Source: Eledone cirrhosa
Taxonomy: Eukaryota
Length of the DNA: 64,000 nucleotides
Reading direction: 5' to 3'
Assembly: GCA_964016885.1 (NCBI GenBank)
Contig: OZ024740.1
Span: 214,024,001 to 214,088,000 of the forward strand
The notes below the pieces were generated by a model that was given only the letters and a program-made list of their open reading frames with translations, was not told the origin of the DNA and made no database searches. Positions 1-12,505 of this stretch are shown piece after piece. Position numbers and translations under genes: made by a program. Position 1 is the first letter of the stretch; every line of letters starts with the position of its first letter.

Positions 1-40
1 ACAAAATGTAAAATATTTGAATAAATAGAATAATATTCTC

Positions 41-251
41 CTAGGAACAGTGGAGAAAGAGAAAGCGGGTAGACAGAGGAAATGGTGGACAGATAACATA
101 GCTGAGTGGACGGGGAAGAACTTTGCCACAACCCAAGCACTCACCCATAAACCCCAGAGATGAAGGCAGTTGGGGGCAGCGTTCGATAATGCAGTGTCCT
201 AACGACCCCGAAAAAGGTTAAGGGACCATGATGATGATGATGATGATGATG
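41..251 (+). mobile_element. RTE-clade LINE 3' end fragment with (TGA)n tail
   Basis: Translates as LGTVEKEKAGRQRKWWTDNIAEWTGKNFATTQALTH, resembling the RTE ORF C-terminus (G.R.RGRQRKRW.DNIKEWTG). It is followed by a short UTR and (TGA)n at 228-251. Confidence 0.7.
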
Positions 252-930
252 TATTATATGATAGGTGCCCTGAATGTATCTAGCAGTGACCCTTGTTACT
301 GTGTTATTGAACTCGATAATTCCATCCGATGTGGTCTAGAGGAGATATGCAACGTCCAATTCGACAAAACTAGATGTAAGCAAGCCACCTTTCATGTTAG
401 AAGCCTTGGTCTTTGGTCTCCATTACATTAGCATTGCCAGCATTTCTTCACTCACTGCACCCTGTCATGCACTTATTAACAAGGTTTTCTATTCCACACA
501 ACCTACCAAAATTAGGGTGTATAAAACTGCCCCTTCGACCTCGATCCGACATGGTCGTCATCTTATGACCGTTCCATCTGCCTAACACAAATGTTACGTC
601 ACACGTATTGTTATGAAAGATTTAAACTAGTAAAACTAATATTTCTTAAACTTCCCCTTTCTCTATTCCTCCAATTCCCAGATCCCTCTCCCCATTTCTC
701 ACCACATATCCAACCCTTTTTAAAAATAGAAAGTTCTGTATTTTATTTTTACCTACTGCCTCCGACTCTCTTGCTCTCCCCATCTGTCACTATTATAAGC
801 AAATGGGGGCATACGCACCGGCCGTCCCGTGGTCCCGGCGGACAGAATAGAGAAGGCGTTTTTCCAGAGGATGGTGAGGGAGATACCATTCCAGCTCGCG
901 AGGCTCACACCTGCGGATAATCAACTCCAT

Positions 931-3900
931 GCCGGTGGTGGTGAGTAGGGAGGTGGTCCGAGGGCCAAGGACACAAGAAGTCACTACTGCTACTTGGTGC
1001 TGATGGTGGGGAGTAGGGAGGTGGTCCGAGGGCCAAGGACACAAGAAGTCACTACTGCTACTTGGTGCTGATGGTGGGGAGTAGGGAGGTGGTCCGAGGG
1101 CCAAGGACACAAGAAGTCACTACTGCTACTTGGTGCTGATGGTGGGGAGTAGGGAGGTGGTCCGAGAGCCAAGGACACAAGAAGTCACTACTGCTACTTG
1201 GTGCTGATGGTGGGGAGTAGGGAGGTGGTCCGAGGGCCAAGGACACAAGAAGTCACTACTGCTACTTGGTGCTGATGGTGGGGAGTAGGGAGGTGGTCCG
1301 AGGGCCAAGGACACAAGAAGTCACTACTGCTACTTGGTGCTGATGGTGCTGAGTAGGGAGGTGGTCCGAGGGCCAAGGGCACAAGAAGTCACTACTGCTA
1401 CTTGGTGCCGGTGGTGGGGAGTAGGGAGGTGGTCCTAGGGCCAAGGACACAAGAAGTCACTACTGCTACTTGGTGCTGATGGTGGGGAGTAGGGAGGTGG
1501 TCCTAGGGCCAAGGGCACAAGAAGTCACTACTGCTACTTGGTGCCGGTGGTGGGGAGTAGGGAGGTGGTCCGAGGGCCAAGGGCACAAGAAGTCACTACT
1601 GCTACTTGGTGCTGATGGTGGGGAGTAGGGAGGTGGTCCGAGGGCCAAGGACACAAGAAGTCACTACTGCTACTTGGTGCTGATGGTGGGGAGTAGGGAG
1701 GTGGTCCGAGGGCCAAGGACACAAGAAGTCACTACTGCTACTTGGTGCTGATGGTGGGGAGTAGGGAGATGGTCCGAGGGCCAAGGACACAAGAAGTCAC
1801 TACTGCTACTTGGTGCTGATGGTGGGGAGTAGGGAGGTGGTCCGAGGGCCAAGGACACAAGAAGTCACTACTGCTACTTGGTGCTGATGGTGGGGAGTAG
1901 GGAGGTGGTCCGAGGGCCAAGGACACAAGAAGTCACTACTGCTACTTGGTGCTGATGGTGGGGAGTAGGGAGGTGGTCCGAGGGCCAAGGACACAAGAAG
2001 TCACTACTGCTACTTGGTGCTGATGGTGCTGAGTAGGGAGGTGGTCCGAGGGCCAAGGACACAAGAAGTCACTACTGCTACTTGGTGCTGATGGTGGGGA
2101 GTAGGGAGGTGGTCCGAGGGCCAAGGACACAAGAAGTCACTACTGCTACTTGGTGCTGATGGTGGGGAGTAGGGAGGTGGTCCGAGGGCCAAGGACACAA
2201 GAAGTCACTACTGCTACTTGGTGCTGATGGTGGTGAGTAGGGAGGTGGTCCGAGGGCCAAGGACACAAGAAGTCACTACTGCTACTTGGTGCTGATGGTG
2301 GGGAGTAGGGAGGTGGTCCGAGGGCCAAGGACGCAAGAAGTCACTACTGCTACTTGGTGCTGATGGTGGTGAGTAGGGAGGTGGTCCGAGGGCCAAGGAC
2401 GCAAGAAGTCACTACTGCTACTTGGTGCTGATGGTGGTGAGTAGGGAGGTGGTCCGAGGGCCAAGGACGCAAGAAGTCACTACTGCTACTTGGTGCTGAT
2501 GGTGGTGAGTAGGGAGGTGGTCCGAGGGCCAAGGACGCAAGAAGTCACTACTGCTACTTGGTGCTGATGGTGGGGAGTAGGGAGGTGGTCCGAGGGCCAA
2601 GGACACAAGAAGTCACTACTGCTACTTGGTGCTGATGGTGGGGAGTAGGGAGGTGGTCCGAGGGCCAAGGACGCAAGAAGTCACTACTGCTACTTGGTGC
2701 TGATGGTGGGGAGTAGGGAGGTGGTCCGAGGGCCAAGGACACAAGAAGTCACTACTGCTACTTGGTGCTGATGGTGGGGAGTAGGGAGGTGGTCCGAGGG
2801 CCAAGGACACAAGAAGTCACTACTGCTACTTGGTGCTGATGGTGGGGAGTAGGGAGGTGGTCCGAGGGCCAAGGACACAAGAAGTAACTACTGCTACTTG
2901 GTGCTGATGGTGGGGAGTAGGGAGGTGGTCCGAGGGCCAAGGACACAAGAAGTCACTACTGCTACTTGGTGCTGATGGTGGGGAGTAGGGAGGTGGTCCG
3001 AGGGCCAAGGACACAAGAAGTCACTACTGCTACTTGGTGCTGATGGTGGGGAGTAGGGAGGTGGTCCGAGGGCCAAGGACGCAAGAAGTCACTACTGCTA
3101 CTTGGTGCTGATGGTGGTGAGTAGGGAGGTGGTCCGAGGGCCAAGGACGCAAGAAGTCACTACTGCTACTTGGTGCTGATGGTGGTGAGTAGGGAGGTGG
3201 TCCGAGGGCCAAGGACGCAAGAAGTCACTACTGCTACTTGGTGCTGATGGTGGTGAGTAGGGAGGTGGTCCGAGGGCCAAGGACGCAAGAAGTCACTACT
3301 GCTACTTGGTGCTGATGGTGGTGAGTAGGGAGGTGGTCCGAGGGCCAAGGACGCAAGAAGTCACTACTGCTACTTGGTGCTGATGGTGGGGAGTAGGGAG
3401 GTGGTCCGAGGGCCAAGGACACAAGAAGTCACTACTGCTACTTGGTGCTGATGGTGGTGAGTAGGGAGGTGGTCCGAGGGCCAAGGACGCAAGAAGTCAC
3501 TACTGCTACTTGGTGCTGATGGTGGTGAGTAGGGAGGTGGTCCGAGGGCCAAGGACGCAAGAAGTCACTACTGCTACTTGGTGCTGATGGTGGGGAGTAG
3601 GGAGGTGGTCCGAGGGCCAAGGACACAAGAAGTCACTACTGCTACTTGGTGCTGATGGTGGTGAGTAGGGAGGTGGTCCGAGGGCCAAGGACGCAAGAAG
3701 TCACTACTGCTACTTGGTGCTGATGGTGGGGAGTAGGGAGGTGGTCCGAGGGCCAAGGACATAAGAAGTCACTACTGCTACTTGGTGCCGGTGGTGGGGA
3801 GTAGGGAGGTGGTCCGAGGGCCAAGGACACAAGAAGTCACTACTGCTACTTGGTGCTGATGGTGGTGAGTAGGGAGGTGGTCCGAGGGCCAAGGACGCAA

Positions 3901-5260
3901 GAAGTCACTACTGCTACTTGGTGCTGATGGTGGTGAGTAGGGAGGTGGTCCGAGGGCCAAGGACGCAAGAAGTCACTACTGCTACTTGGTGCTGATGGTG
4001 GGGAGTAGGGAGGTGGTCCGAGGGCCAAGGACACAAGAAGTCACTACTGCTACTTGGTGCTGATGGTGGTGAGTAGGGAGGTGGTCCGAGGGCCAAGGAC
4101 GCAAGAAGTCACTACTGCTACTTGGTGCTGATGGTGGTGAGTAGGGAGGTGGTCCGAGGGCCAAGGACGCAAGAAGTCACTACTGCTACTTGGTGCTGAT
4201 GGTGGTGAGTAGGGAGGTGGTCCGAGGGCCAAGGACGCAAGAAGTCACTACTGCTACTTGGTGCTGATGGTGGTGAGTAGGGAGGTGGTCCGAGGGCCAA
4301 GGACGCAAGAAGTCACTACTGCTACTTGGTGCTGATGGTGGTGAGTAGGGAGGTGGTCCGAGGGCCAAGGACGCAAGAAGTCACTACTGCTACTTGGTGC
4401 TGATGGTGGTGAGTAGGGAGGTGGTTCGAGGGCCAAGGACACAAGAAGTCACTACTGCTACTTGGTGCTGATGGTGGTGAGTAGGGAGGTGGTCCGAGGG
4501 CCAAGGACGCAAGAAGTCACTACTGCTACTTGGTGCTGATGGTGGTGAGTAGGGAGGTGGTCCGAGGGCCAAGGACGCAAGAAGTCACTACTGCTACTTG
4601 GTGCTGATGGTGGTGAGTAGGGAGGTGGTCCGAGGGCCAAGGACGCAAGAAGTCACTACTGCTACTTGGTGCTGATGGTGGTGAGTAGGGAGGTGGTCCG
4701 AGGGCCAAGGACACAAGAAGTCACTACTGCTACTTGGTGCTGATGGTGGTGAGTAGGGAGGTGGTCCGAGGGCCAAGGACGCAAGAAGTCACTACTGCTA
4801 CTTGGTGCTGATGGTGGTGAGTAGGGAGGTGGTCCGAGGGCCAAGGACACAAGAAGTCACTACTGCTACTTGGTGCTGATGGTGGTGAGTAGGGAGGTGG
4901 TCCGAGGGCCAAGGACGCAAGAAGTCACTACTGCTACTTGGTGCTGATGGTGGGGAGTAGGGAGGTGGTCCGAGGGCCAAGGACACAAGAAGTCACTACT
5001 GCTACTTGGTGCTGATGGTGGGGAGTAGGGAGGTGGTCCGAGGGCCAAGGACACAAGAAGTCACTACTGCTACTTGGTGCTGATGGTGGTGAGTAGGGAG
5101 GTGGTCCGAGGGCCAAGGACGCAAGAAGTCACTACTGCTACTTGGTGCTGATGGTGGTGAGTAGGGAGGTGGTCCGAGGGCCAAGGACACAAGAAGTCAC
5201 TACTGCTACTTGGTGCTGATGGTGGTGAGTAGGGAGGTGGTCCTAGGGCCAAGGACGCAA
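931..5260. repeat. 68-bp minisatellite array, about 64 copies, G-rich + strand
   Basis: Unit GGTGGGGAGTAGGGAGGTGGTCCGAGGGCCAAGGACACAAGAAGTCACTACTGCTACTTGGTGCTGAT is repeated head to tail. The ORF track recurs every 68 bp. Confidence 0.98.
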
Positions 5261-6245
5261 AATGTCTTATGGATAGGGCATAAGTTTGTTTTCCTTTATC
5301 TTACCAGGAAGTTAACAACTTGCGAGGAAGCTTTGGAAGAGAATTTGCAGTGGTTTTGCCATGTGGTGTCAGCAGGTTTTAAGAAAGAGGATTGTTGGTA
5401 TCTCACCAGGACCAGTAGCTGAATTGAATCTCATTTCATCTATGGTTGATATATTTCGCCTTTATGGCGATTTAATTAATTGTTTCTACGTTTGGCACAA
5501 AGCCAGCAATATGAAGGGAAGGAGAAAGTCTTCATCAGAATACTTGTCTTGGAAGATAAATTTGATATGCAATACAAAATAAATATTGGAAAGGGAAATA
5601 CATATTTAAATAATATAAAAGAACACTAATCATACTAATGAAAATGCGTGCTTAAAACGCAACTTACCCTTTATTCAGGGTGCGAAAATCCAGTATCAAT
5701 AAATCTCTTTAATCCACTTTTTAACAATTTTATACTTTATTGCACTTTTATAATTTTCTTTAGGTATTACTCTTTATTTTATAATTTTAATTTAACCTGA
5801 AACATATATAAAAAAATCATTTAACATAAGCAAATTAAACTTACATACAACGTAAAATCCAGCATACAAATAATTCTAGTGAATAGCTTAGAATTTTTAC
5901 AAACCCCAACTTTTAACTGTTTAATAGCATTTTTAAAATTTATTTGGGACCTAAGCAACACAAAAAAAGTGATTACAAGCCAGGAATAGAGAAAACAGTT
6001 TTTTATTACACGGTGTTATCATTTCTCCTTGTAGGGCTGTCATATCAAAGACTCTCCTGCTTTATTTATCTACATGAGCTCCATCAGGACTGAGTAAACA
6101 CTTTTGTATTGCTATGATGTTAATGAGATCCGTCATGTCTTCTTATCTCCCTGTTGAGGAACACAAACTATGTAATGCATTTTACTTCGCAACAATTCAC
6201 TGGGATCAGAAGTTTGAACTTCGTACCATTTATTTATTTATTTGT

Positions 6246-6276
<31 letters not shown>

Positions 6277-6726
6277 TTATTATTAGGTCCTTAAATATGG
6301 AATGTCCTATTTCTTTAAGCACTTTCTATTTGAAATCAGACATTCTATACTTAAAAGCCTGATAATTTATTTAAATTTATTTATGAATTAAATTAACTCG
6401 ACACTTGTATCTGAGTGGCAGCTGAAGAGATATCAACGTCAGGTTTGACGACTTTGGATGACAACAAGCCACCTTAACTGTTAGAAACAGTGGCCTTAGT
6501 CTCCGGTGTCTGGTCTCGCTGGCTTTGCCGGCATTTATTTCGTCGGTAACCTCTTGCCGTGACCTCAGCAACAGGGTTCTCCACATCACAACGGAACCCA
6601 CAGTGATCGAAGAACACGAGGCCGCCTGCGAGACTTGGAACTGGCTCAGACCCCGCTCAGTAGACGCCCTTCCTCTACTTCCTCTACTTCCTTCTGTAGG
6701 CGTCAGATGTTGCCTTAACTTTTGAC

Positions 6727-7320
6727 TAAATATATATAGTCTGATAATAACAGGGTGTATAATATATATAGTCTGATAACAGGGTATATAATATATATAG
6801 TCTGATAATAACAGGGTATATAATATATACAGTCTGATAATAACAGGGTGTATAATATATATAGTCTGATAACAGGGTATATAATATATATAGTCTGATA
6901 ATAACAGGGTGTATAATATATATAGTCTGATAACAGGGTATATAATATATATAGTCTGATAATAACAGGGTATATAATATATATAGTCTGATATTAACCG
7001 GGTATATAATATATATAGTCTGATACTATCAGGGTGTATAATATATATAGTCTGATAATAACAGGGTATATAATATATATAGTCTGATAATATCAGGGTA
7101 TATAATATATACAGTCTGATAATATCAGGGTGTATAATATATATAGTCTGATAACAGGGTATATAATATATACAGTCTGATAATATCAGGGTGTATAATA
7201 TATATAGTCTGATAATATCAGGGTGTATAATATATATAGTCTGATAATATCAGGGTGTATAATATATATAGTCTGATAATATCAGGGTGTATAATATATA
7301 TAGTCTGATAATATCAGGAT
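6727..7320. repeat. 28/31-bp AT-rich tandem array
   Basis: Unit TATATATAGTCTGATAA(TAA)CAGGGTRTATAA, about 20 copies. Confidence 0.95.
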
Positions 7321-7637
7321 GTATAAGACCACTGGATGCATAAGACTACTAAATGTATAAGACTACTGGATGTATAAGACCACTAAATGTATAAGACTAC
7401 TAAATGTATAAGACCACTAAATGTATAAGATCACTAAATGTATAAGATCACTGGATGTATAAGACTACTAGATGTATAAGTCCACTAAATGTATAAGACC
7501 ATTGGATGTATAAGACCACTAAATGTATAAGACCACTAAATGTATAAGACCAGTAAATGTATAAGACCACTGGATGTATAAGAACACTAAATGTATAAGA
7601 ATACTGGATGTATAAGAACGCTAAATGTATAAGACTA
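7318..7637. repeat. 17-bp tandem array abutting the 28/31-bp array
   Basis: Unit GTATAAGACYACTRRAT, with starts at 7321, 7338, 7355 and onward. Confidence 0.95.
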
Positions 7638-7661
7638 CGCTCCGTTATTATTAGACTATTT

Positions 7662-7880
7662 TGGCAATGGATTGGCAGAATCGGTAGAGCATCGGACAAC
7701 ATGCTTAGTGGCATAAAGTTACGTACGGCCTTTAACATTTAGAGTTCAAATCCTACCGACATGAGCTTTGCTCTTCATCCTTACAGGTTCGATAAAATAA
7801 AGTATCAGTAATGCACTGGGGTCAATTTAATCCCCCTTACTAAAAATTGTTGACCTTGTGCCTAAATCAAAAACCATTAT
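7662..7880 (+). mobile_element. tRNA-derived SINE, family A
   Basis: A-box-like TGGCAGAATCGG, B-box-like GAGTTCAAATCC, conserved core GCTTTGCTCTTCATCCTTACAGGTTCGATAAAATAAAGTA and tail CCTTGTGCCTAAA. Many dispersed copies occur in the window. Confidence 0.85.
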
Positions 7881-7980
7881 TAAATTATTTTTATTTAGTA
7901 AAAGGTTACGGGAAATCTTTATTTATTTATTTATATTTATGTCCTATTTCATTTTACATGCTTTGTCTAATTGTTTAATG

Positions 7981-8191
7981 CAGGCATGTCAGCCCGCGGG
8001 CCGCATGCGGCCCATTACAAGCACACCTGCGGCCCGCACAAAAGTTTTTACGGCGCGAGCATGTTTTATCTTCGTAATATAAAATAAAAAATATTAGTTG
8101 TAGTGTGCGCATTTAGTTGTCGTGTGTGGCCCTCATACCACACATATGTGACCCATGTGGCCCTCGGGAGACCCTCAGCTTGACATGCCTG
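7981..8191. mobile_element. hAT-superfamily MITE
   Basis: TIRs CAGGCATGTCA...TGACATGCCTG, a perfect 8-bp TSD GTTTAATG (7973-7980 and 8192-8199), and subterminal GCGGCCC motifs typical of hAT/Charlie elements. Confidence 0.92.
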
Positions 8192-8764
8192 GTTTAATGG
8201 ATATTTTCAAATTCTGAAAAATCATGGGTTGTGTGGTTAGCAAATTTAACATCGATGAGAGGGTGTCGGGGAGTGGTAGGCTTTTGATCCCAAACTTTCA
8301 GTTCTTTTATGATAAATTCTAGGAAGATGTTGGAAAGATGTAGAGTATATTAGACAACCTTGTCTCAGACACACGCGTACCGCAAACCACTCCATTCGAC
8401 GTTCTAGCGTCTCTGCCAATTCGTCATCTACTAGTTCATGTGTATCATTCACAAAATGGTGTGTATATTTAAGCGTCTATAAATATACGCTATTGTCAGA
8501 ATTTGTAACTATGTACATATGTCCAAGTGTATTTTCTTATAATCTTTCGTTGTTTTTTTATTTATGGTTATGGATCATTTAAAGCAACGGATTGAAAATT
8601 CCTCGGTATTTTTCCGACTTACAACAGTCAACCCTACCTTTCATCTTTTCAAAGTCGATAAATGAATTACCAATGTAAGAGTGAGGTTGATTCTTTCTCA
8701 CTCTTGGAGAAATTGGATTTGTTCTGACCTGAAGAAGGATGGGCTCCACCAGATTTGGCATGGC

Positions 8765-9080
8765 ATGGTTTCGTAACTCCTGTGGAAGTTGTAGGGGCGC
8801 CGTTTCTAGGTCGTTTTAAAACCTGGTGGAGCCCATCTCCTCTCCAGGTCTAAGTACAGCAGATTTCTTCCAGAGAAGGATAGAAAATGAAAGAATGGAT
8901 GTGAGAAAGAGATATATAGGAAGAATGGACTCCAGTACTTGAGTAGTACTTATTTTATCGACCTCGAATGGATGAAGGCAGAGTTGACCTCGGCGGGATT
9001 TGAACTCAGAGAACAGAACCGAAATGAATGCCGCAAATAATTCTATCCGACGTTCTAACGACTCTCCCAATTCACCGCCT
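8765..9080 (-). mobile_element. SINE with family A head and core but a different 3' tail (variant A')
   Basis: Reverse head GACCTCGGCGGGATTTGAACTCAG. The tail segment CCAGGTCTAAGTACAGCAGATTTCTTCCAGAGAAGG is shared with 15430-15785 and 46295-46615. Confidence 0.75.
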
Positions 9081-9277
9081 ATCCAACAGATTTTAAAAGG
9101 CCCAAAGACCCGTCGTGTTTTATGAGATGGCATCCATACGACTCCGCAAGGAGTTAAGATCCATTAAGATTGTTCTATGAATTATCTAACCAAACGTATC
9201 CTACTCGATAGGGCCTGTTTGGAGCTTGGTTGACTGTGCCATTTAAAGGGCTAAATGTCTTTGCTACATGTATTTGG

Positions 9278-9490
9278 TGAAGGCCTGTGGCTTAGAGAGT
9301 TAGATTCTCAATCATGAGGTTGTGAGTTCGATTCCTAGACTAGGTGATGAGTTATGTTCTTGAGCAAAACACTTTATTTCAAATGGAAAGAACAATGGAA
9401 ATATTGTTTCTTTGGTCAGATTTGACGAGTTCCACCCCACTCACCAAGCGAATGAAGTCTTTGGATCTTGTCTATGGATTCGGTCGATTG
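9278..9490 (+). mobile_element. tRNA-derived SINE, family B
   Basis: GTGGCTTAG...GAGTTCGATTCC head and TGTTCTTGAGCAAAACACTTTATTTCA core. The tail GGTCAGATTTGACGAG is shared with 15008-15245. Confidence 0.75.
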
Positions 9491-10394
9491 GCATATACAA
9501 GGCAATACTCGATAGCCTTATAGCATTATACTAGTTGTCTGTCTGATCATCTACACATTGATAGCTCCTCAACATATATTACACAACAACGTTATTTATA
9601 ACACTCTGGTCTCTTGTATTCTTACGCCTTGTATTTTTACGTCTTCAATATTTTTAGGAAATATATCGTGATATTGTATTTAGTCTCATAACATTTTTCA
9701 TCATATTGATAACATTGAGGAATCGTTTGTTAATTAAGTTCAAACCCTTAGGCTTCTACAGGAGGTGACACGAGGAATTATAATCTTGTATTACACGAAA
9801 ACATTAATATGAATTACATCTACCAAACGTTTGCACGAAAAAGACCACTGCGACTATCACAACGACGACGACGACGACAACGACAACTGCAATAACTAAA
9901 CAATAACAAACTAGATAACATATTCTAAATGCAATCTATCTTATATATAATGTAATAGAAAGAACATGTGACCCCCACCGTAGTGGCTGATATTACAGTC
10001 ATTCACGATGGTGCCTTCACACTGAGTTGCCGACACACAGAACGAAATACCTGTTGATAAAGTGAGTCGGCATTCGATCTTCATACAGTACAGACTCACA
10101 TATTGCGTAATGGATTGTTGATTTAGGATTCACAGAAACCAATAGAAGATATTCTATAATATTTATCAATAAGGTCCATCTGTTTGTATTTTCGTTGTTG
10201 TAGTGGCTTCTGTGGCATTCTTCACTTAACCACAGTTTTCAATTTGTCACACCTTTAACGTATGTTTATTACTCTGAGATTTAACTTACGAATTTATTGA
10301 TAGCTTCTTATTGAGTACTTCGTGCAAAGCTTTCGAGGATTGTTCTTTCGAGAGATGCTAGCCGATGCTGCAACTTCGATTTTACTCACTTTCA

Positions 10395-11265
10395 TCCTCA
10401 AGGAACAAGTGAGATACTGAATGAACAGTACAAAAGTGTTTTCACACCTCCACCGAGGCACATGCAAATAACAAAGCCAGGGGAATTCTTTGATGTCACT
10501 GCACTACATGGAGAAATGGTGACCATCAACCACATAGATATAACAGAGGAAGATGTAATATCAGCTATAGAAGAAATGAGAGCAAACTCAGCTGCTGAAC
10601 CTGATGGATTCCCAGCAATCCTCCTAAAAACATGCAAGCGTACGTTAGCAAGACCGCTGAAAACCCTTTTCAGAAGTTCTCTGGTTAGCGGTAAACTACA
10701 CAGATAGTTATAAGAAGGCATAGTAGACCTTATCCATAAAGGAGGAAGCAGAGCAGAGGATAAAAACTGCAGGCCAGTCTCCCTGACATCACATATCAGT
10801 AAGCTCATGGAGCGAGTCATCAGAAAAAACTGATCACATTCCTCGTGGAAAATGACCGCCCAACTGAGACTCAGTATGACTTTCACGATGGAAGAAGCTG
10901 CCTTATTCAGCTTTTACAACATTACAACTGGGAACTGGAATAACTGCTGGACAGCTCACATGTGGACGTGATATATCTTGATTGTGTGAAGGCCTTCGAT
11001 AAGGTCGACCACGGAATGATATTTTACAAACTACACATATTCGGCATAACTGGAAAAGTAGGTGAGTGGCTGCATGACTTCTTAAAAGACAGAAGCCAGA
11101 CTGCTGCAACCAACTCAAAGGAAGCATCAACAACAAGCTGGGTGCACCAGGGCACGGTCTTGCGATCACTACTATTTTTGGTGGTTCTTTCAGACATACC
11201 CTCTGTAGTACATTCAACATCCTTCACTAGCTATGCTGATAACACGGTGGCCTTTGAGAGAATAT
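10395..11265 (+). pseudogene. decayed CR1/L2-like LINE ORF2 reverse-transcriptase fragment
   Basis: RT motifs SAAEPDGFP, NCRPVSLTS, DVIYLDCVKAFDKVDH, HQGTVLRSLLF and SYADNT, interrupted by stops and frameshifts. Confidence 0.88.
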
Positions 11266-11477
11266 AGTGAGCTTTTCCAGTCGACCCCAATAGTCAAGGC
11301 CTGTCATGCCGTCTATATTTTTTTTGTGATTGACCTTGTATTATGAAAATTGAAGCAGCTCAGGTGTTTCAATTTTCATAATAATTTGTTTCGTGTGGGG
11401 AGACTACAGTGGACAACAGTTTTGTATATATGTATACACACACACACATTTATATATATATATATATATATATATAA

Positions 11478-11667
11478 TAATTGTTTCTACTTTAGGCACA
11501 AGGCCAGCAATTACCCAGTGCATTACTGGTACTTTATTTTATCGACCCCGTAAGGATGAAAGGCAAAGTCAACCTCGGCGGAATTTGAACTCAGATCGTA
11601 AAGGGACGTAACTATGCTGGAAAGCATGGCGTCTGACCCTCTACCGATACTGCCAATCCACCACCCT
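11478..11667 (-). mobile_element. SINE family A
   Basis: Near-identical to 36765-36950; contains TTTATCGACCCCGTAAGGATGAAAGGCAAAGTCAACCTCGGCGGAATTTGAACTCAG. Confidence 0.9.
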
Positions 11668-11739
11668 AATATATATATAATAATGAGAGGTATACAAATA
11701 TATGTGTATACATACATATACATGTATATATAAACATAT

Positions 11740-11915
11740 ATTTTTCACAAGTATGTGAGATTGTATGTTGTCGACCTTAACCAGTGTTACTCTATGATTA
11801 TGAGAGACAAAATAATCGAAATAATTAAATTGACACAATATCAGAGTTATGTAAAATATTATAAAAAGGAATAATAAAGAAAATAGGTATATTGTATCTA
11901 TTATTCCTTTTTATA

Positions 11916-11923
<8 letters not shown>
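11740..11923 (-). mobile_element. fold-back plus tail insertion next to (TA)n (putative Penelope-like remnant)
   Basis: Perfect 25-bp inverted repeat at 11852-11876 and 11899-11923. The minus-strand tail contains CATAGAGTAACACTG, similar to the GAGTACACTG box at 14643. Confidence 0.45.
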
Positions 11924-11996
<73 letters not shown>

Positions 11997-12087
11997 GTGT
12001 GTGTATGTATATTATATTTGTATATATATATGTATATATATATATATATGTATGTATGTGTGTGTATGTATATTATATTTGTATATA

Positions 12088-12180
<93 letters not shown>

Positions 12181-12431
12181 ATATATATATATATATATTG
12201 GAATATATATATATAGGAAAACAAATATATATATATATTGGAAAATGTGTGAAATCCTTGGTATAGTTAGGTACATTTGATAAAAGGAAAAGAATGACTT
12301 CAGTTTAATTTTATATTATAATTTTACAATTTGGTTTTGTAGATCTACAAAAACTTATAAGATAAAATTTAATAATATTATAAAATTGAATTGTTTAGAA
12401 CTACTTGTGAAGTCATCCTATTCCTTTTTTT

Positions 12432-12505
<74 letters not shown>

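Noticed and set aside
931-5260. CRISPR array or tandem hammerhead (retrozyme) interpretation of the 68-bp array
   Set aside because: There are no unique spacers or cas genes. The unit has CTGATGG rather than CTGANGA, and no GAAA or pairing stems.
793-5422. Dozens of 60-62-aa ORFs (MSLALGPPPY...)
   Set aside because: They are frame-cycling products of the 68-bp unit, mostly with non-ATG starts, and show no evidence of being genes.
6390-6720. GC-richer island with short ORFs on both strands
   Set aside because: No recognisable domain or clear splice signals; it may be an unidentified TE relic.
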